This document shows, piece by piece, positions 1 to 12,100 of a stretch of 64,000 nt of DNA (positions are counted from its first letter, which is position 1; each line of letters begins with the position of its first letter). Made by a program: the position numbers and the translations under genes. Source of the stretch: Acidobacteriota bacterium (GTDB taxonomy: Bacteria > Acidobacteriota > UBA6911 > RPQK01 > JAJDTT01); contig CBDCJH010000002.1 in assembly GCA_965217775.1 (NCBI GenBank), positions 32,001-96,000 on the forward strand. Reading direction: 5' to 3'. The notes beneath the pieces are model-generated. The model did not search any database. It was not told the DNA's origin and saw nothing but the letters and a program-made list of their open reading frames with translations.

Positions 1-1956
1 CGCACTGTGCGTCCGGCTCGCGTTCCGATTGGCGCTGTCCCGGATCGTGCCGCCGTTGAGCGACAGCGCGTTCTCGGCAATGCTCACCCCATCCGTATCG
101 GTTTCGTCGGTGGCCACCTCGTAGGAAAACGTCACGGCATTGCGCGCCACTCCTTGATACGACGCCTGGCGCGTGTTGCTCTCCACCATCAGCCCGAGTT
201 GCGGCGACCCCGTCACAATGACCGTCTTGTCAAAGCGCACCGTGGCTTCGATCTCCTCGCCCACCGCATATCCACCGCCAGGGTCCGAGGTCAGCGACAC
301 GCTCAGGACGCTCGGGGCGCCGGTCACGGTATCGTTGTCGGTCAGCATGACCGTGGCGGTGGCCGGGCTGCCTGCACTCACGCCGCCGGGCAGCAGATAG
401 CCCAGGGTCAGGGTCACGGTCTCATCGTCATCGTCCACGGCATCGTCGACGGCCGTGACGGTGAAGGTCTTTTCGGTCTCGTTCGCAGCGAAGGACACGC
501 TGGCCGGTACGGTGTAGTCGGACGCTGCGGCGCCGGTGGTACTCGTTGCCGTGACCGGAATGTCAATCGCGCGGCTGGGCTCGTCGCTCACGCGGACCGT
601 CACGGTCGCCGTGATTCCACCCTCGGTTGCGGTGTATGTCTCGGCATCAAAGGACACCGTGATCGCCGGCGCGCTCCGGTAGTTCGCCACGTAGCCGCGC
701 GTCCGGTTGAGCATTCGCACCGCATCGGACGGACCGTCGGCGCCCGGTGACGGATCGAGGCCGGCCTTGCCCAGGGGGTCGCCGCCGGGATCGGGATAGA
801 TCTGATCCGGATTCGAGAAGCGGAGAATTTGCGAGCATCGGCCGCACTGGTTGGGGTACGCCATGATGGTACGCCAGAAGGCGGTGTCGGGTGCGCCCGG
901 CTCCAGCGCCTCCTGGTTGACGTAGCCAAAGGCGTATGGAAACCGCGTGAAACCGCCGCAGTTGCTGCCGCAGACCTGGTACCGGTCATGGCGGACACCC
1001 ATGATGTGGCCCAGTTCGTGCGCGAATGTAGGGGCGGAGTAAGCATTGACCGCGCCAAAGGCAGAAGATTCGGAGCTTGTTGACGGGACATTTAGCTGGT
1101 ACGCGCGGCCTGATTGCCCGGCGGCTATCAGCAGTACGATGTCCGCGGCAACCTCATCGCGAATGTCGTGGATCTCGTCCATATATCCATCCGACGTCGA
1201 GCGCAGACGACCGACATCTATGGCCAAATCGTTGGTCTCCCTGTATCCCACCACTTCCTCGGCCGCTACCAAGTTGATGCGCTGATTCGCGCCGCTGTTG
1301 CTGTAGGCCATGTTGGTCTCCGCGACCATGAGGTCGATCGCGGTCGCGATCGCGTCAGTCCCACCCACGTTCTCCCGGGCAGCCGACGTGTAAAAGACCG
1401 CCACGTCAATCACCGACTGCTCGGCCGACGGACAGATCAGGCCGCTGAAGGTGATTGTGGACAGCCACGTTTGAAAGGTGTCATCCCCCGGCGCGCAGAG
1501 TTCGGTCTTCTCGATGTTCACGGTCTCCAGGTCGGACAGCTCGCGCAGACCGTCAGGAAGTGATCCGGTCAATGCCCGGCTCTCGCTGAGGAGCAGGGAC
1601 GTGAGATTGGTCAGGTTGGCCAACTCCGACGGGAGGGCGCCGCTGAGAGCGTTGTCTTGCAAATCCAACTGTTCGAGCTCGCTCAGGTCGCCCAACGCCG
1701 TCGGTAGCGTCCCGTCCAAACCATTGCCGTTCAGCACCAGGGCCGTGACGCGCCCGTCACTGTTGGTGGTCACGCCGGACCATGAAGACAGCGGCTCCGT
1801 GCTCGTCCAGTTGGTATTGGTCGTCCAGTTCGCACCGTCCGTGGCGTTGTAGAGCGCGGTCAGAGCAGCCTTGTCGGTGGCGACGGAGTTCTGGGCATGG
1901 ACGTGGCCTGCCACACCGAAGGGGAGCACGAAAAGGAGAACTCGAAAGAGGCGCAT
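1..1956 (-). CDS. Large secreted LRR + M12/reprolysin-like zinc metalloprotease with Calx-beta and Ig-like repeats; runs off the left edge (not in ORF track)
   Basis: Hand-translated from ATG at 1956: MRLFRVLLFVLPFGVAGHVHAQ signal peptide, LRR N-cap DKAALTALYNATDGANW, zinc motif HELGHIMGVRH (988-1020), Met-turn TIMAY. Frame stays open to base 1. Clear paralog of 16405..24987. Confidence 0.88.
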   Translation of the reverse strand, partial: MRLFRVLLFVLPFGVAGHVHAQNSVATDKAALTALYNATDGANWTTNTNWTSTEPLSSWSGVTTNSDGRVTALVLNGNGLDGTLPTALGDLSELEQLDLQDNALSGALPSELANLTNLTSLLLSESRALTGSLPDGLRELSDLETVNIEKTELCAPGDDTFQTWLSTITFSGLICPSAEQSVIDVAVFYTSAARENVGGTDAIATAIDLMVAETNMAYSNSGANQRINLVAAEEVVGYRETNDLAIDVGRLRSTSDGYMDEIHDIRDEVAADIVLLIAAGQSGRAYQLNVPSTSSESSAFGAVNAYSAPTFAHELGHIMGVRHDRYQVCGSNCGGFTRFPYAFGYVNQEALEPGAPDTAFWRTIMAYPNQCGRCSQILRFSNPDQIYPDPGGDPLGKAGLDPSPGADGPSDAVRMLNRTRGYVANYRSAPAITVSFDAETYTATEGGITATVTVRVSDEPSRAIDIPVTATSTTGAAASDYTVPASVSFAANETEKTFTVTAVDDAVDDDDETVTLTLGYLLPGGVSAGSPATATVMLTDNDTVTGAPSVLSVSLTSDPGGGYAVGEEIEATVRFDKTVIVTGSPQLGLMVESNTRQASYQGVARNAVTFSYEVATDETDTDGVSIAENALSLNGGTIRDSANRNASRTHSA

Positions 1957-1996
1957 GAAGTTTGCAAGCGCGATCAGCCCTCCGGCCACCGCGTCC

Positions 1997-2596
1997 TCAG
2001 GGCACGTCGCCGGTTCCGGAATCGGGCTCCACCACGTCACATTCGAGCGGCGGCTCCTCGACCTCGCTGATGGCGTAAAGTCCGCCGCCCACCGATCGAA
2101 TCCGGTATGTGCCACCCAGCGTCCTCACCGTGCCAGCGACCGTCTCGCCGTTGACGACGAGGGTCAGCGTGCCCACCGGCTCACCCACCACCCGGCCGGA
2201 GATCGAATAACCGCCCGAAAACGTCGGCGCGGTCCGTTCGACGATCCCGGTGAACACGATGTCCTCGAACAGATTCAGAGTCAGGGTTCCATCCTTTCCG
2301 GGCTCCACATCACGCTGGGGACGACGCGGGGACACAGTCTTGGTGTGAACACGGGAGTGGGGGAAAACGGAGGCGGCTGCCCGGGCGCGCTGCAGCCGTT
2401 CCAAGTCCATCGTCACCAACCGACGGCGGACCGTTATGGCATCGAGCGCGGCCGGCACAGGCGAATCCAGCTGCGCCTCCACAGGATCGATGGGGGAAAA
2501 GAGGCCGTCGCGCTGGGCCGCGACGGCTGGGGCGGGCGACCAGACCAGCCATAGGACAGAGACTGCTGTGACATACTGCGCACTTGGCCACGACAT
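1997..2596 (-). CDS. Secreted stand-alone M12 metalloprotease pro-domain-like protein
   Basis: AGGAGG RBS, signal peptide, TLNLFEDIVFTGIVERTAPTFSGGYSISGR...YRIRS...EEPPLEC segment resembling the N-terminal pro-region of bacterial reprolysin-like proteases. Paralog at 25017..25601. Confidence 0.75.
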   Translation of the reverse strand: MSWPSAQYVTAVSVLWLVWSPAPAVAAQRDGLFSPIDPVEAQLDSPVPAALDAITVRRRLVTMDLERLQRARAAASVFPHSRVHTKTVSPRRPQRDVEPGKDGTLTLNLFEDIVFTGIVERTAPTFSGGYSISGRVVGEPVGTLTLVVNGETVAGTVRTLGGTYRIRSVGGGLYAISEVEEPPLECDVVEPDSGTGDVP

Positions 2597-3100
2597 GGAA
2601 CGGTCCTCCTTTCCTTGATGCCTCGGCCCCTAAGCCGAACTTCTCACCAAGGAGCGGGATAATCGCGCAAAACCGGGGTTGGCAACCAGGATCACCATCA
2701 TGCGAGCATCATGGAGTCGCTGTGACGCGATAGGGAAACTTCATCTGGTCGCTATCGGGCTATTTTTATCACTTTCGGATGACATGGCTTGTGGGTTGGT
2801 GCTCCGAGAGGATGAACACCTCAGCCGGAATGGGCTCACCGGGTGGGGAAAGAAGAGGGTGGAAAAGCGCCCGGACGGCGCAGGAAACAGGGCGTCAGAG
2901 GTCTTCGATAGGGTCCAATAAGCTCAACTTATCGGACCCTATTCCCTCTTGGCGGCGTCTGACCCATTTTCTGACCCGTGTTTCTCCGGCGGTTTGGAGC
3001 TGAATCGCTTCCCTCGGCATCCTCCCCTTTTTCCGGTAGAGCATCCTTTAATTTCAGATAACAGACGTCGACCGGGGTACTCATAGATACAGAGAGATCG

Positions 3101-6100
3101 TTACCGCTGAACCGGCACCACCGGCAGGGTCGTGAAGATCTGGTTGCCGGTGTCCAGCTCCACCGCCACTCCGGTGAACATCCCGTCTCCAACTGCCGTA
3201 CACCGGACCGACCCGACGAAGTCGGTCGTGTCCGTCCTCGTGAACACCTCTTCGATGAACCGGGCATTTTGCCCATTGCCGTCGAGACGTATGTCCACCT
3301 GCTCCAGCTCCTCACCCTGGCTCATCAACCGGCACCGCACCAGGGTCCGCTGTGGCTCCAGATTCCGGATGGCCGCCGCCGTGCGGATTCTTCCCGCCTG
3401 CCGCCGGGCTGGGAACAGGGCGTCGGTCAAGGGTTGACTGGCGCCGACCCCGGCCACGCCGACGCCCGGGATGTCAAATCGCAGGACACCGCCGATGGGA
3501 CCCGTGGACACGACTTGCACCGAGCCCGTGACGACCTCTCCCCGCCCATGCGTCGAGATCGTCAACTCACCCAGGCGAGCGATCGCGGTTCGGACGGTCA
3601 GACTTCCGTCGCCTCGCACCACCAGATCCTCCCCGACATCCACCATCGATTCCGGGTCCAGAAGATCGCCCGCCCGATCATAGAAGTAGATGGCCGGCCG
3701 GGCCGTTGACGCCGCCACGTTCACCAGCACCAGGTCGGAGGTGATCAAGGTTCCGTCGGCGGAAGTGCCATTGGCGAAGTGCGCGAAAGTCAGGGTCGTT
3801 GCTTCCTGCTCGCCACCCATCGGCTCCACGGGAACCACCGGCAGAGTGGTGAAGATCCGGTTGTCCGAATCCAGCTCCACCGCCACTCCCGTGAACGACT
3901 CACCGGCCGGGACCGTACAACGCACCGACCCCACGAAGTCCGTGGTGTCGGTCTCCGTGAACACTTCCTCGAGGAACTGCGCATCCTGGCCGTTCGCGCT
4001 GAGTTTGATCTCCCCCTCTTCCAGCACCCTGCCGTCCTTCATCAATCGGCACTGCACGTCGACGGCCTCCATTCCCAGGTTGTGGATGGCCGCCGCGGTG
4101 CGGATCCCGCCCTCCTGCCGCCGGGCCGGGAACAGGGCGTCCGCCGTGGGTTCGCTGGCGCCGACTCCGGCCACCCCGATCCCGGGGATGTCGAAGCGGA
4201 CCACTCCGCCGATGGGGCCGTCCGACACGACCCGGACCGACCCCGTCACCACCTCTCCCCGGCCGTGGGTCGAGATCGTCAGCTCGCCCAGCGACGCGAC
4301 CTCTGTCCGGGGCGACAGCCCTCCGTCGTCCCGGATCTCCAGATCGTCTCCGACATCCACCACGGACTCGGCTTCAAACAGATCTCCCTCCCCGTCGAAG
4401 AAGTAGACGGCGGGACGAATCTCCGACTCGGCGACGTTCACCAGCACCAGGTCGGAGGTGATGAGGACATCGTTGCCCGAGACCCCGTTTCCGAAATGGG
4501 CGAACTCCAGGATCACCTCCTCGGCCATGGGCGTGGTCTCGACCGGGCTGGAGGGAGGACTTGGACCGACCGAATTCACCGCCCGCACCTCGAAAACGTA
4601 GGTCCGGCCGTTGGTCAGTCCAGTGACCGTATGGGTCAGGTCCGTGGAACCGGTGGAGATCCACTCCCCGGCCCGGTCGATCCGGACCTCGTAGCCGGTG
4701 AGGGCGGAGCGGCCGTCGCTCTCGGGGGCCTCCCAGGAGAGAGTCACTTCACGGTCCCCGGATTCTGCCTGCAGGTTCAATGCTGCCGTGGGCACAGTCG
4801 CAGCCGGCGGCGGTGGTGGCGGAGGCGGCGGCGGCGGTGGTGGCGGAGGCGGAGGAGGAGGAGGCGGAGGAGGAGGAGGCGGAGGGGGAGGAGGAGGTGG
4901 CGGCGGGGCCGAGACTTCGTTGTCCTGGACCGTGACCCGGGCGCTCTGAGTCGAAGTGGGTCCCAGCCGGTACTCGGCTCCCGGCTGCAGCCGGGCGGTG
5001 ACCCGGCTGGTGGATTCGGCGACGTCGTCATCGTCGGTCAACACCTCCAACGTCGCCGTGTCCTGTCCGCCCTGGAACCGAACCTCCTTCGGCGGATCGT
5101 ACCCGCCCGAGGTCTCGATCATCGATCTCGTCTCCGTGACCTCCAGGCTCACCGTCAGCGAGGCCTCCGTCGGGGGTCCCCGCGTCAGCGTGAACTCCAC
5201 GGTCTCGCCTTCCGTCACCGTCTCCGATCCTTGCTTGGCCTGGATGGTGACCAGCGGCGGGTCCGCCCGTTGATCGGTCAACGCGTCCACGGCGTTGCCC
5301 ACCTCGTCCTGGATCGGGTTGAATCCCGGCGTGTAGCTGACCATTACGGTTTCGCCCGCTGTCACCGTTGAGGCCAACGCCAAGATGACACTGTTTCCGC
5401 TCACCCTAACCTGGACCACCGTTCGATCGTTTCCCGCCACCGTGACCGCGAAGTCAGAACTCGCTGGCGTCGAGCTATCATCCAACGGCTCGTCATAGTT
5501 GAGGGCAACCTGCAAGCCATGTACCGCCACGCTCTCCAGATCCGGCTCGCTCGTGTCCACCTTGTGGTCCGGCTTCGTCTCCACCGCCTCGTAGCTCCGC
5601 CCCGCCGGGTTGTCCGCCAGATCCAGGATCTTCCCCCCGTTGAGCGCGATGCTTCCCCGCGGAACGCTCACTCCGTCGTTGTCCTCGTCTCCCTTCTCCA
5701 CCGTGTAGACGAATACCACTGCGGCCCGGGCGGAACCCGTGCTGGCACTCGCCCGCTTCCGCCGGGCCCCCACCAGCAGGTCCAGCGTCGGCGTCCCCCG
5801 CACCGTGTCCAGCGTCACCGTCTCGTCGTACCGCACTGTCACCGAGATCATGTCTCCAATGGCGTACGTCTCGTCCGTCCCCGGGTCCGAGCTGATCTCG
5901 ATCGCTTCGATCGATGGGGCCGTCGTGTCCGGCGTCTGGTTGTCGACGAACTCGTCCCTGAAGGCTTCGGCATCGTTTCCGATCGCATCCTGAATCGGAT
6001 TCGATCGCGACTCGTAGCTCACCCGGATGCCTGTCTCTCCGTGCTCCGTTGACGGACTAACCGTCAGCCGAACCGTGCTCCCGGTCACCTGAACCCGAGT

Positions 6101-9100
6101 CACGGTGCGCGTCTCGTTGCCTCCCGCCACGGTGAAGTCGCTGGTCGCCGGCCGCGAAGAGGTGTTGAGCGTTTCGTTGTAGGTCAGCGTCAGCGTCGCG
6201 CCGTTGACCACCGCCGGATCGGTCATTGCCAGGACCGGGGCTACCGCGTCTACCTTGTGGCTCGAATTGTCCGCCACGGGGTCGTGGTCCAGCATGGCGT
6301 CATTGCCCGCGCCGTCGCGAATCGTTCCTCCGCCTCGCGACAGCTGGTTCGCCTCGATGCTCACCCCGTCCTCGTCGTTGTCGCCCGTGACCACCTGATA
6401 GGCGAACTTCACCGCCCGGCTCGAGACGCTTTTGTACTCCGCCATTCGGTTGCGGCCGCCCAGGTTCAACGTCAATTCGGGCGTTCCGGTGATCACCACC
6501 GTTTCGTCGAACGTCACCGTCACCTCGATGGTCTCGTCCACGCCGTAGGTCCGATCCGACCCCGCACTGGAGGTGATCCGAACCGTCGACACGGTCGGCC
6601 CCGTCGTGTCTCCCGTCTTGTTCGTGACGCTCTTGTTGCTCAACTGGTCCGCGTCGTTGCCGGCCGTGTCCTGAATCGGACTCGGCCCCGGCTGATAGTT
6701 CACCCGAAGGCCGCTCTCTCCGTTCGTAACTGCTGGGCTCAGCGTCAGGAACACCGCGCTTCCGCTGACCCGGACTCCGGTGACCGTCCGCGTCTCACTC
6801 CCTCCCGTCACGGTGAAGTCGTCCGCCGACGGGACCGAAGAGGAATCCAGCGGCTCGCCGTAGGCCAGCGTCAGCGTCGTGCCGCTGGCCACCGCCCCGT
6901 CGGACGTTGCCAGCGCCGGCTTGATGCCATCCACCTTGTGCTGGGAATCGGCCGCCACCGGCGCGTGGTTCAGCACGGCGTTATTCTGTGCGCCGTCGCG
7001 GATCGTCCCGCCGGACAAACGGTTCGCCTCGATACTCACTCCGTAGGCGGCGCTGTCGCCCGAGACCACCTTGTATTCGAACCTCACGGCTCCGCCTGTG
7101 ACGTTTCGATAGTTCGCCGTTCGACTCCGGCCGCCCAGGTTCAACGTCAGCCGGGGTGTCCCTGTCACCAGGACGGTTTCGTTGAACGTGACCGTCACTT
7201 CGATCGTCTCGCCGGCCGCATAGGTCGTATCCGGCCCCGCATTCGAGGTGATCCTCATCGTTTCCACAATTGGCCCCGTTGTATCTCCCGTGTGGTTGGT
7301 GACGCTCTGATTGCTCAGAGCGTCTGCGGCATTGCCCACCACGTCCCGGATTGGATTCCCTCCCGGCTGATAGCTCAACAGGAGACCGCTCTCTCCGTCT
7401 TGCACTGGGTGACTGAGCGTCAAGAAAACACCGCTCCCGCTCACCTGGACCCGGGTGGCCGTTCGTGCCTCGTTCCCTCCGGTCAAAGTGAAAGCGCTCG
7501 TTGCCGGCCTTGATGATGAGTTCAACGGCTCGCTGTAGGCCAGCGTCAGCGTCGTCCCGTTCACAACTGCCCCGTCGGTGGCCGCGAGACTGGGCTTGAC
7601 CCCATCCACCATGTGCCGCGAATTGGCCGCCACCGCTGCGTGGTCCAGGACCGCGTTATTCTGGGCACCGTCTCGGATCGTCCCGCCGCCTCCAGACAGA
7701 TGGCTCGACTCGATGCTCACCCCATCGTCGTCGCTGTCCCCCGCAACTACCCGGTAGGCGAATTTCATCGCCTTGCTCATGACGCCTTGGAAGTTCGCTG
7801 TTCGGCTCCGGCCGCCCAGGTTCAACGTCAAACGTGGAGTCCCCGTCACCACCACCGTTTCGCTGAACGTCACCGTCACTTCGATGGTGTCGTCCACACC
7901 GTAGGTCCGGTCCGATCCCGCACTGGAGGTGATCCGAACCGTCGACACGGTCGGCCCCGTCGTGTCCCCCGTCTTGTTCGTGACGCTCCGATTGCCCAAT
8001 CGGTCCGCATCGTTGCCGGCCGTGTCCTGAATCGGGTTCGAACCGGGCTGGTAGTTCACCCGCAGGCTGCTCTCTCCTTCCGTTACTGCCGCACTCAGGG
8101 TCAGAAAGACGGCGCTTCCGCTCACTCGGACTCCAGTGACCGTCCGCGTTTCACTCCCGCCCGTCACCGTGAAGTCATCCGGCGACGGTACCGAAGAGGA
8201 GTCCAGTGGCTCGCCGTAGGCCAGCGTCAGCATCGTCCCGTTGGCGATCGCCCCTTCGGTGGTCGCCAGGACGGGTTTGATCCCATCCACCTTGTGCTGG
8301 GCGTGTGCCGCCACCGCTACGTGGTCCAGGACCGCGTTATTCTGGGCACCGTCTCGGATCGTGCCCCCGGACAGGCGATTCGCCTCGATACTCACCCCGT
8401 ATGTGGCACTGTCACCCGAGACCACCTTGTATCTGAACCTCACGGCACCGCCCGTGACGTTCAGGTAGTTCGCCGTGCGGCTCCGGCCGCCCAAGTTCAA
8501 CGTCAGCCGCGGTGTCCCTGTCACTACGACGGTCTCGCTAAACGTGACCGTTGCCTCGATCGTCTCGCCGGCCGCGTAGGTCATATCCGACCCCGCATTC
8601 GAGGTGATCCGCATCGCCGCCACCACCGGTCCCATCGTGTCTCCCGTGTGGTTCGCAACACTCTGATTGTTCAGAGCATCTGCGGCATTGCCCACCATGT
8701 CCCGGATCGGATTCCCTCCCGGCTGATAGCTCAACTCGAAACCGCTCTCTCCATCTTGCACTGGGGGACTCAACGTCAGTAAAATAGCGCTCCCGCTCAC
8801 CTGGACCCGGGTGACCGTTCGGGCCTCATTTCCTCCCGTCACGTTGAAGGCGCTCGTTGCCGGTCTTGACGACGAGTTCAACGGTTCACTGTAGGCCAGC
8901 GTCAACGTCGTCCCATTCACAACTGCCCCGTCGGTAGCTGCCAAGCTGGGCTTGACCCCATCCACCGTGTGCCGTGAATCGGGCGCCACCGCCGCGTGAT
9001 CCAGCGTGGCGTCATTCCGCGCACCGTCTCGGATCATCCCGGTCCCTAACGACAGACGGCTCGACTCGATGCTCACGCCATCCTCATCGCTGTCCCCGGA

Positions 9101-12100
9101 GACCACCTTGTATTCGAATCTCACGGCTGCGCCCGAGACGCTTCTATAGTTCGCGGTTCGATTTCGACCGCCCACGTTCAGCGTCAGCTGTGGTGTCCCC
9201 GTCACCACTACCGTCTCGTTGAACGTCACCGTCACCGCGATCGTATCTCCCACACCGTAGGTCCGATCCGACCCTGCGTACGAGGTGATTGCCACGGTGC
9301 TTACCGTCGGCCCCGTCGTATCTCCGGTGTTGTTGGTAACCCGCTGGCTGCTCAGGCGATCCACATCGTTGCCCGCCGTGTCCTGAATCGGGTTCGCTCC
9401 GGTCCCCGTTGGAACCGTGTAGCTCACCCGGAGACCCGTCTCACCATGTTCAGCCGTCGGGGAGAGGGTCAGTTCCACCCCGCTTCCGTTCACTTGGACT
9501 CCGGTGACCGTTCGTGTCTCATTGCCCCCTGTCACGCTAAAGGCGTCGTTCGCAGGCACGGAAGACGAATCCAGAGGCTCACTGTATGCCAGCGTCAGCG
9601 TTGTGCCATTCGCAACGGCCCCGTCGGTGGTCGCCAGTTTGGGTTTGATTCCGTCCACCTTCTGCGCCGTGTCGGCCGCCACCGCCGCGTGGGATAGGAC
9701 GGCAGAATTCCTTGACGTGTCCCGGATCGTCCCGCTAGACAGGCTGTCCGCCTCGATGCTCACGCCGTCCGTGTCGCTGTCATTGACGGCCACCGCGTAG
9801 GCAAATACGACCATCGCCCCCGTGACATTCTCGTAGTACGCCGATCGATCCCGCTCTCCTACCTTCAGCGTCACCCGCGGGGTCCCAGAGACCATGACGG
9901 TTTCATCAAACGTCACCGTTACCTCGATGGTCTCGCCGATGCCATAAACGTCCCGGCCATCAGGGGGATCCGACGTGATCTCCACGGAGGTGACCGTTGG
10001 AGCCACTCGATCCGGGGTCTCGTTGGCCACCGGTTCTCCGCTCAGTCCGTCTGCGGCATTGCCTACGCGGTCCTTCACCGGAGCCGCTCCCATCCCCGTC
10101 GAAGGCGTGTAGCTCACCAGGATCCCCGTCTCCCAGTACTCCACGGGGGGAGCCAGGGTCAGATCCACCGCACGCCCCCTCACCTCAACATTGGAGACCG
10201 TGCGCGACGAAGCCCCTCCAAACACGATGAAGGCGCTGGCCGGCGGCGTCGAAGACGAGTCCAGAACCTCGTCGTAGGTGAGGGTCAGGGTCGTCGCGTC
10301 CACCACTGCCCCGCGGGTGGCCGCCAATGCCGGCTTCACCCCGTCCACCTTGTGCCGAGAATTGTTCCCCAACGCTCGATGATCCAGATCGGCCTCGAAT
10401 CCCGCACCACCTTTAATCGAGCCACCGTTGAGTGCGAGATTGTCCGCCTCGATGCTCACCCCGTTGGTGTCGATATCACCCTCGAGCACCCGGTAGCGGA
10501 ACAGCAATTCTGAGCCTGTAACGCTTACGTAGTCCGCCGCTCGATCCTCGTCCCCGACTTTCAGTGTCAGCTGAGGGGCTCCCATCACCTCGACGCCGTG
10601 ATTGAAGGTCACGGTCACCTCGATCGGATCGCCTATCACGTAGGTTGCATCGGATCCCGGATCCGACGTGATCTCCAACTTGCTCACCGTCGTTCTTGGC
10701 CACACCGTTACGGTGAAGTACTGCGTTGCGACGGCAGTCGACCCGGCGGTCTGGACCGCCGTCACGGTGATCGTTGTTCGACCAACGGCCAACGGGGCGA
10801 TGGTCACTTCGGATCCGGACACACCGACGGTCGCGATGGAGGTGACGGACGAGGAGGCCTCATATATCAGAAGATCGTTTTCCGGATCCCGAAATCCTCC
10901 TGAGACGTCCACGGTCTCCGGCTCCGCCCCCACTTGCAGCGTTCGGTCTTCCAGCGGTCCCGCTACGATTGGAGGCTGATTGAGTTGGCCGGCGTATATC
11001 AATGCCGTCCCGCTCACCTCGCCGCCTCCCTCGATATTGGCTGCGACCCGGTACAAGTAACGCGGGCCGGCGAAGGAGGTGGTATCGACATGACTGAGCG
11101 CGGTAGTGTTCTCCAAGAGAGGAGTTTCGGTGCCGTCGGAATAGCTCCAGGTTTCCGCACGGGTCAGCGTATAGGCAACGTCCGGTGGCGGCGTCCATGC
11201 GCTGACGTCGGATGCCGTCCAGTTCAGGTTCACGATCTGGCTGGTACTTGTCGCCGTCAAGGTCGGGCCGGTACGCACCTGGTAGCCGAACTCTTGCCAG
11301 GTCGCCTGACCGTTGCCGTCGAAGTCCACCGACAGGACCGGATACTGCGAAGACGTTCCAAAGTGCCACGGATCATCGGGGATGGCGTCGGAATCAAGAT
11401 CGAGGTTCCACTGATCGTAGATGCCTTGGTAGGACATCGGGGTTTGTAGTGCGGACCTTGTCTGGCCGATTACGCCGCCCGTCGGCGTCTCGCTTCTCTC
11501 AATAAAACCGTTGTTGTTCCAGTCATCGTTGCCGACGCCCACGCGTCGGACCGGATTTCGAAGTGAGGGCGGCCGAGACCTGAAGGCCTGAAAGTCCCAA
11601 TAGTTGAATCGAGCCTGAAGATCCGTCCCGCTACCGACGAGGGCGCCAACCTTTCTCAGTCCCAGGACCGGTCCCGTGGCGTAGTTCGCTATTAGTTCGC
11701 CGCTGGCGCTGCCGGCAAGCCCGCCCACATCCTCGTCCCCGAACACCCTTCCCTTGGCATAACTTGCCTCAATTTTCCCGCTGGTATTGCCGGCAAGCCC
11801 CCCCACGTTATCGTCACCTAAAACACGGACGTCAGCGTAGCTGGCGAGAATGCGGCCGTTGGTTTTGCCCACCAAGCCGCCCACGTCCGCCTCACCGGAC
11901 ACTTCGCCTGCGGCAAAGCACCCGCTGACCTCCATGTTTTCACCACGCCCAACCAAGCCGCCGACCGAGTCTTTTCCCGAGATTCGAACATTGGTCATGC
12001 CGACATTGCTGATTGTGTAAACCGAGCCGCCATCTTTGCCGAAGAGTCCAAACAGGCCGACCGAATCCTCATCGGCCCGGTCGATGAACAGATTGACCAA

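Noticed and set aside
1954-1999. Selenocysteine or readthrough of the conserved TGA joining pro-domain and protease
   Set aside because: The downstream genes are out of frame, by different offsets in the two copies, and have their own signal peptides.
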